Below are positions 57,018-64,000 of a stretch of DNA of 64,000 bases, one piece after another. Location of the stretch: the NCBI RefSeq assembly GCF_009914755.1, contig NC_060927.1; one strand, 5' to 3'. The notes below the pieces were generated by a model. That model ran no database searches, was not told the DNA's origin, and worked only from the letters and a program-made list of their open reading frames with translations. The stretch comes from the human T2T-CHM13v2.0 reference genome, Homo sapiens. Position numbers and translations under genes: made by a program. The first letter of the stretch is position 1. Each line of letters begins with the position of its first letter.

Positions 57018-57234
57018 TCACTCTTTAATATTTAGGTAATGAAAATAACTTTAGAGAATTGAAAGAGGTTGCTGAAGAAGCATTTCCTTTACTCATTTGC
57101 CTTCACACATACATGCAAGATAATACATAATTCTTTCCAAGGAAATGATAGTCTCTCAATCTTTAAAGGCACAGGGATTCCTAATCTCACTTCACTGCTC
57201 CAGTGTTTAAAATTTTTATGATCTTCATTAACTG

Positions 57235-57360
57235 TATCAGTAAAATGTAAGCACCACAAATGCAGGGAATTTTTGTCCCTCTGCTGTATCCTCGGCATTT
57301 TAGTATAATATTTGGCACATATTAGGCACTCAGTAAACATTGATTGAATGTGAATGAGTC
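57235..57360 (+). mobile_element. L2 3' end
   Basis: ctgctgtatcc...tggcacatattaggcactcagtaaacattgattgaatg. Confidence 0.7.
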
Positions 57361-59094
57361 TAAGAAATTCTTTCTTCTATTCAGTTTAAGTTTTATTTCA
57401 CTATATTTTTTGCAAGTGGAAATCCCAAAAGGAATGGCCTAAGGTACAGATGCCTTGTGAAACCCTGATTAGCAGATGGCTATATCTATGCCTTTAATTT
57501 GTTCTCTCTTTAATCCATCATCCAGGGAAAGTTTAATACCATTTTGTACACCACTGATGACACTATTTCCTAAGACATTCCATCTAACCAGTCGTTTTTG
57601 GATCTCTAGCTGCTGATCTGTCCAAAACACATGGTTGGTCAATGAATATGTCACATGGGATAGAATCAAGAGCTATGTTGGAGCCAGTGAACAGGCTGAA
57701 TGAGCAAATGAATGAATAAAACCAAGATCTATGCAGTTATAATTTCTGTTTGGTCTTCAGTCTTATCTCCTATCACAAGAGGATTTGTTTCTAACCAAAC
57801 CTTTTGGTATTTTCCTAATACTCACGTCTCTTTTTTATGTTCTCCTATTGATGCCCACTGTTTTCATAGAAATCTAAATTAGATCTAAGTTTTCCTTGCC
57901 TCCCCTAATAACACATTACTCTTCCTTAACCAATCTTAAAAATTTTCACTATTTTTTAATAGTAAAAAAGTATTGATCTCCATGAGTAGGTAATTGCACT
58001 GAGATTAGCCAAGGAGTCAGTCCTTTATCTCAGATTTCAGAAGATCCTGTAAAAGTGAATCCATTTACTCCTCGCATCACTTTAATCAACTTTCACCCCT
58101 TTTGTTCAATTATTGTACTTAGTCTTTCATGGGAAGCCTATCCTAATTTTTGACCCACTTGCTGTGATTAGGAAAACCCTTTAGCCTAAAAGCCAAATCG
58201 AGGCTGAGAGAAGCATATCTAAAGTACCTAGAGTTATGAAAAGAGCTCATCAAAACTGAAACTAGGAAGGGATTTAGGAAATAATGAATTTATAAAGAAT
58301 GTTTGTATTATTTGAAGTGTGCCCTCTTAACTGGTAAAGATGATCTCAGATAAGGAAAACTAAGATGTGGGTTTCTCTGAGAACATACTCAGAAATATTT
58401 TATTGCTCTGAATTTAATCTAACCTAATTGAGTGTTGTACCATTTGAGGATCCTCTTCATAAGCAACAATTACAACTTGGTTTGCCTGCCCAGTGGGTGG
58501 AAAAATGTGTGAACTCTTGACCTAGTTGAAGAAGAACCCAGAGTTTGAAGCTACACATCTAAAGTCTTAAGCTAACAGAAACCCAGGTAACTATGGAAAC
58601 AAAGGATACCCGAACATTGTTAAAATATTACTGGTGCCATTTATCTTTAAGACATTATATGAGTTAAACACCTAAAGGAAAGACAATCATTGCATGCCCT
58701 AAGGTTGTGGTTAAATTTCCAACATACCATAGGTAAAGGGGCTTGTCACAAGAGCCACCACCCAGGACTCCCTGTGCCAGAGAATTACTCTAATGAAGTG
58801 TTTCCTGGACACTATTTATTAGAAGAATTTCTAACATCCTGACCTACACTTCCAGGGTTCTGGTGGAAGATTCTATGCCACCCCTAAAAACATAAAACCA
58901 AACACAGACATTTTTACAAAGTGGAAATAAAAGGACGATGAGTCAGGAAAATGACAGCGTTCTGTTAAATTTTGGCAGGGAGAATTACAGAAAAATCAAA
59001 AGTGAAGAAGATGTTGGTAACAGTACTGTAAATGTGTTCCTAGTCTTCTTTCAAATAGATCAAAGTTCCAGGGAAATACATATGTTTGCCAGAT

Positions 59095-59610
59095 ACAGCT
59101 GTCACATATTCTTGGTGGGAATGGAAATTGATGCAACTTCATTGAAGGGAAATTTACCCAAATTCATAAAAATTTAAAATGTGCTTCCCTTTGGCTGAGC
59201 AACTTTATTTTTAGTAGTCTATGCAACAGATATCATCTACATTTTCAAAACTGTATACGTACTGCTTATAAGAATGAAAAGTGATAATATGATAAATGCC
59301 CATCAGTACAGAACTGGTTAAAGAAATTAAGGTACATTCAAAAAGTGGAATCCTATATGTCCTTAAAAATATGAGTGATAGGACACAAGCTCCAAATATA
59401 TTAAGTGAACCAGTAAAATCCATAGCTTTCTCCCCCTCTCTTGTATATGCAGTGAATTTTTCTAGAAGGTGGCACACAACTGTAACTGCTTCTGGACGGG
59501 GAAACTAGGAGACTGGAGGAAGAAGAGGAAGGAAGATTGCATTTCACTATACAACAGTTGAGATTTTTAACATGTTTATGTATTTCTAATTTTAAAAATT
59601 AATTTAATAA
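59095..59610 (+). mobile_element. L1ME 3' fragment
   Basis: ggtgggaatggaaattgatgcaac...aaatgcccatcagtacagaactggttaa. Confidence 0.6.
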
Positions 59611-60931
59611 ATGTATGTGTCACCATATTCAGAACTTACCAGAGGAGACACCTCACCATAAAATGGTGTCATCAAAACCCCTAGGGGAGAAAGTTTTCAC
59701 AGGCCAAAATATCTAGACTCCTGAGGAGCACAGACACTATAAAACAGACAAACTGAGCACATGAGGCAGATCTGTGGGGCTAAGGGCTTCATAGATAAAT
59801 GAGAGTTTTAGTAATTTTAAATAGAACACAATAGCATTGAAATTCAATAGGCAGCAGAAATCATGCCTACTGTCAAGGGAGACAAGTTTGTCACTCATTT
59901 GCCATTAAGTCCATGATGAAAGCTAAATATTAGTAAAGTTGCCATAGTTTTTGCAAACTATTCTCTGAGGTATTAATAAAAGAGCTAGAAGAGGGGGCCC
60001 AGAGTAATAAAAACCAACCAAGCCAAGAACCAAACAACAGCCACAGTTAGTATCAATCATGGAGGGCCTCCTAGAGCAGGGCTACGAATTAGAGCTTTAA
60101 GATGGAGAAAAATAGGGGTTGATAGAAAAATAAAGAGGTTCAGGCAGACAGACAATATGGATGACAATACAAAGGTAGGGCTGAAAAAAAAATCCAGACT
60201 TGAAAATAGTCTGACTTGAGCTGAAAAAGTATTAAGAAGAATGAGAAAAGAAGAAAACATTGATGTCAGTTATTGAATAAAAGATTCAGTTCAGATTTTA
60301 TATGCTAGGCAAAAGGAAGCTACGAGAGATTCTTAAGCAGGTAATTGATAGATTTCCATTTTACAACTCTTATATAGAGGAGAAAAAATACACTTAAAAT
60401 CACATTCTCAGGCTTCCATTTTAAATCTGCCCTCATTAATGACCTAACATCAGCTATACTATTAAAGTCCTAAGAAATCACCAGTTTTCTGTTGGAAGAC
60501 ATGGGGGAAACACAGGAGTTTTAAGATTTCAATGGTAATATATTCGGATTTTTCTTCTTAGTAAATCTCAGTTTCCAGAAAATTCACCCTAAAAAAGATT
60601 ACTCTTAGAATTTTTGTATAACTATTGACATCCTAAAATGTCATGGTCAAGATGTTAGGTTTTACTGGTATTAAGTCATCTTTGACAAATTGAACATGAA
60701 AAAGTATTTCTTGCCAGTCAATTAGGTAGTTTTCTCTGCATGCTTAATGATTTCAGGAGTCTTTATTGTGAATTCTGAAGGTAAGATTTGAAGTGTGACT
60801 ATAGTTGCTTTATAAAAGGCACGGTTGTATTGTATTCATGATAGCTATGCATTTTGTGCTGTTTTCAAATCCAACCATGAATAAAGGCTCATACACTTAT
60901 TAATTACTATTTTTCACTTCATACTATAACC

Positions 60932-60968
60932 TGTATATATATATGTGTGTGTGTGTATATATATAAGG

Positions 60969-61010
<42 letters not shown>

Positions 61011-61055
61011 GGTGTATGTGTGTGTGTGTGTATATATATATATATACACACACAC
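60932..61055. repeat. Compound (TA)n/(TG)n/(CA)n microsatellite
   Basis: Read directly. Confidence 0.95.
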
Positions 61056-61199
61056 CTTATAATTGGGTAGTTCCCAGGTTTGGGGCCCCAGAATTGTTTG
61101 TTTATGTATTTATTCTCTAAACTGAGAGTTTGATAAGAATTGAATATTAAATAATTTGAGGTTATTTTCTTGGAAAGGGTTTTTTCATTTCTTTTTAGC

Positions 61200-62790
61200 A
61201 TATAGTACATTCAAGTAATTTTAGATGTCAGAGTGCTAAAAAGGCTTCTAATAAAAACCCAGCCATTTCTTGTTGCCTCTCTTCCCCACCCTTCATTCCT
61301 GTGCCCAGAGTAATTTCTGGCTTTTTTCATTTTCTCCTCTGGCATTTGCATCAATATTTTAAAGTAACATACACAACCTGTTTGTTCTAGATTCTGCCTA
61401 GAAACCAGACAGAGCTTCTGTTGAATAAGATTAATTTACTTCTTATTCTTGTTTTTTTAAAATGTAACCACTTTTCAAGATTTTTTTTTGTCTCTAATGT
61501 TCTGAAATTTCACAATCACATGCCAGGGTATAGCTTTCTCATGCTTTGTATTAGTACTCATCTTTCAGTTTTGAGAAATATTCTCGTATTTCTTTCTCAT
61601 TATTTTCTTTATTTTTCCCCCTGGAACTTCTATTTATCAGATATTGCACTTCTAGTTTTCTTGACTATTCCCCTATTATTTGTTTTTGTTTGTTTGTTTG
61701 TTTTTGTTTAACTTTTGGGGAGATTTTCTCATCTTTATCTTCCAAAGCTTCTTTGGGTTTATTCTATTTACTTTTATATTTTAAATTTCTCATTTATTGT
61801 ATTTATTTTAATAGTATCTCATTCTTGTTTTATTTGTGCAATATTTCTCTTATATTTTGTGTTTTCTTTGAAGTTTTCCTCTTCTTACATTTTCTTTTCT
61901 TTTTTTTTTTTCGTGAGCTCTATTTTTCTCCCTTTGCTTGTTTCGGTCTCTTTCTTCTTGGAGATTATCCTCAAATATCTGGTTATCACTGACTGTCCTT
62001 TTATGTTCAAGAGCGAAGCGCTAAGAAATTGACTGACATCTTCTTGTACAAGGGTGGCATTGTATGATGGTGGGTTACACTGCAGGGCAATAGAGAGGCA
62101 GCTGGCTTTTTACTTGTGAATCTTCTATGTCAATATTAGTATATCTTTTCTCTGGAGTTATTGTCTCCACAAAAGGAGATTCCAGCTCCTATTTGGGAGA
62201 TGAAGTGGTGACAAGAAAAGATAAATACACTGGCTGCTGGTGCTCTTCTGGTGCTGGGTAGGGAAAGGAAACAGGATTATCAACATTCAGAACTTTCTTA
62301 TTCACCTAGTTATACTGTTGTCAGTATGCCACTGCCTTCCACTACCTGTCTGCTGTGCCTGGTGTTTCCAATCCAGAACCTCTACTTTGGTTAATCTAGA
62401 GAATAAACATCCAATTTCCTGCTGGAGTAGAGTAAAGGAAGCACTGTGACAGTGCAGGATAGAAGTGACAAGAAATGATCCCATTTTCAGAACCTACCTC
62501 CAATCTCTCAGGCTGTCTCAGGTCTATACAAAATATCTGCTTGCTCCTGGTTGTCACCCTCCAAATGTGTGCACACACATCCACACTCACTTAGACGTGG
62601 ACCTTCCTCCCACCTGCTACATCATTTATGATGACTCCATCTTTTTTCTGTGTTCATGTTTTATTTGAATTAAACATCTCTTGTCTCATTGGCAATGGAA
62701 TATGTGTTTTTGTTTCTTGTTCCTGTTATTGTTTGGGGATGATCTTTGAAGACGAGGAGTCAAAGGTATTTTAATTAAGCTACCTTGAAA
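61200..62790 (-). mobile_element. Ancient L1M/HAL1-like 5'/ORF1-region relic
   Basis: T-rich strand with tgttctgaaatttcacaat and gattatcctcaaatatctggt motifs, typical of old antisense L1ME/HAL1. Confidence 0.5.
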
Positions 62791-62862
62791 TAAAAACTTC
62801 CTGGAACATGATTGAAGAGTAGATAATTTCTGTGACTGTTGAGGACTGCCTCAGTTTTAGAT

Positions 62863-63066
62863 CAGCATTGTCCAAAAAAAATTTTTGAGGGAACAAAAAT
62901 ATTGTATTCTGGCACTGTACAATATGGCAAATACTAGCTATATATGGAAATTAAACACTGAAATGTGACTGAGGAACTGAATTTTTTATTAGATTTCATT
63001 TTTATTAAGTTAAACATTAATTTAATACCCACATGTGGCTACTAGCTACTGTATTGGGCTGTGCAG
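62863..63066. mobile_element. MER3 hAT-Charlie MITE
   Basis: cagcattgtccaa...gtgactgaggaactgaatttt...cacatgtggctact...ctgtgcag; TSD ttttagat / ttttagac. Confidence 0.85.
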
Positions 63067-63704
63067 TTTTAGACAGTAAATAAGTTGAGAAGCCAAACCA
63101 AGATTCCAGGTAGATAGATAGCTGTTTCCAATCTGGCTGTAGATTTGGTCTGTTCTCACTCATAAATGTTTAATTCAATTCCCAAAGTACTATCCTCTAC
63201 ACTTCTACAATATTGTGGAGATTACTTTTTTCCCCCATATCTTAATGCTCAGAAGAAATTACTCTATGCTGGAAGTCCTATTTGTCATTCGTCACCTCTA
63301 TATAAAATGTCATGAGCATGCCAACAGAATATTTAATTATTTTTAAGAAACTTTTTAAAAAATGGCCAGAATTAATTGACTACCAGTGGCCCTCACCTCT
63401 CCAAAGTATGAATTAACTTTTCTACTATAGGAATAATATTGACTATGTATTAACTAAATTTTAGATAAAATGTGCTAAAATTAACTTTTTAGTTTCAGAA
63501 TAATTAATATTAAATTATCTTATGGCACTTATTGAAGAATCCTTTATTCTCTGAGGCACCTCAACATTCACTGTCATAAAAACACATAATTTATATACAG
63601 AAGAAATATTATTTGTTCTACCTGTTGTAGTCAAGAGGCATATATTTACATAATTCTAAAGCAGTTTAAATCATTGAGATACAGGATTAAGAAAAGTACA
63701 AATA

Positions 63705-64000
63705 GGATGGGTGAGGTAGCTCATACCTTTAATCTCGGTACTTTGGGAGGCTGAGGCAGGCAGATCATTTGAGGTCAGGAGTTCGAGACCAGCCTGGCCA
63801 ACATGGTAAAACTCCCATCTCTACCAAAAACACAAAAATTAGCTGGGTTTGGTGGTGGACGCCTGTAGTCCCAGGGAAGTTGCGGCATGAGAATCGCTTG
63901 AACCCAGGAGGTGGAGGTTGCAGTGAGCTGAGATCACACCACTGCACTCCAGCCTGGGTGACAGAGTGAGTAAGACTCCATCTCAAAAACAAGAAGAAAA
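63705..64000 (+). mobile_element. AluS (Sx/Sz)
   Basis: Dimer with a small right-arm deletion; A-rich tail runs to the window end. Confidence 0.9.

Noticed and set aside
61421-62032. Hydrophobic F/L-rich ORFs resembling membrane proteins
   Set aside because: A compositional artefact of T-rich antisense L1 sequence.

Overview
This window is AT-rich, CpG-depleted, non-coding primate genomic DNA, most likely human or another hominoid (AluJ/AluS, L1PA 3' ends, MER41A and LTR8 are present). I find no host protein-coding gene, RNA gene, CpG island or CRISPR-like array. About half of the window is interspersed repeat: a long decayed minus-strand L1M (about 9.0-16.9 kb) carrying six nested insertions, several other L1M/L1PA fragments, 11 Alus, many L2/MIR/L3 relics, MaLR/ERV1/ERVL LTRs, and hAT and Tigger MITEs. 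The only protein-like signals are retroelement relics: an ERVL gag-protease-RT remnant at about 27.6-29.0 kb and L1 ORF2 endonuclease residues at about 29.3 kb. The structures most worth a second look are: a three-level L1>LTR8>MER41A nest with both TSDs intact; a 134-bp tandem duplication; a direct-plus-inverted triplication with a perfect 22-bp palindrome; a perfect 13-bp hairpin inside an old MaLR; an inverted L1MC segment; two enhancer-like unique stretches; and a candidate non-coding exon flanked by inverted Alus. I found no convincing novel biological system. Repeat subfamily names come from recalled consensus sequences, not from a RepeatMasker run, and boundaries without a TSD are approximate.
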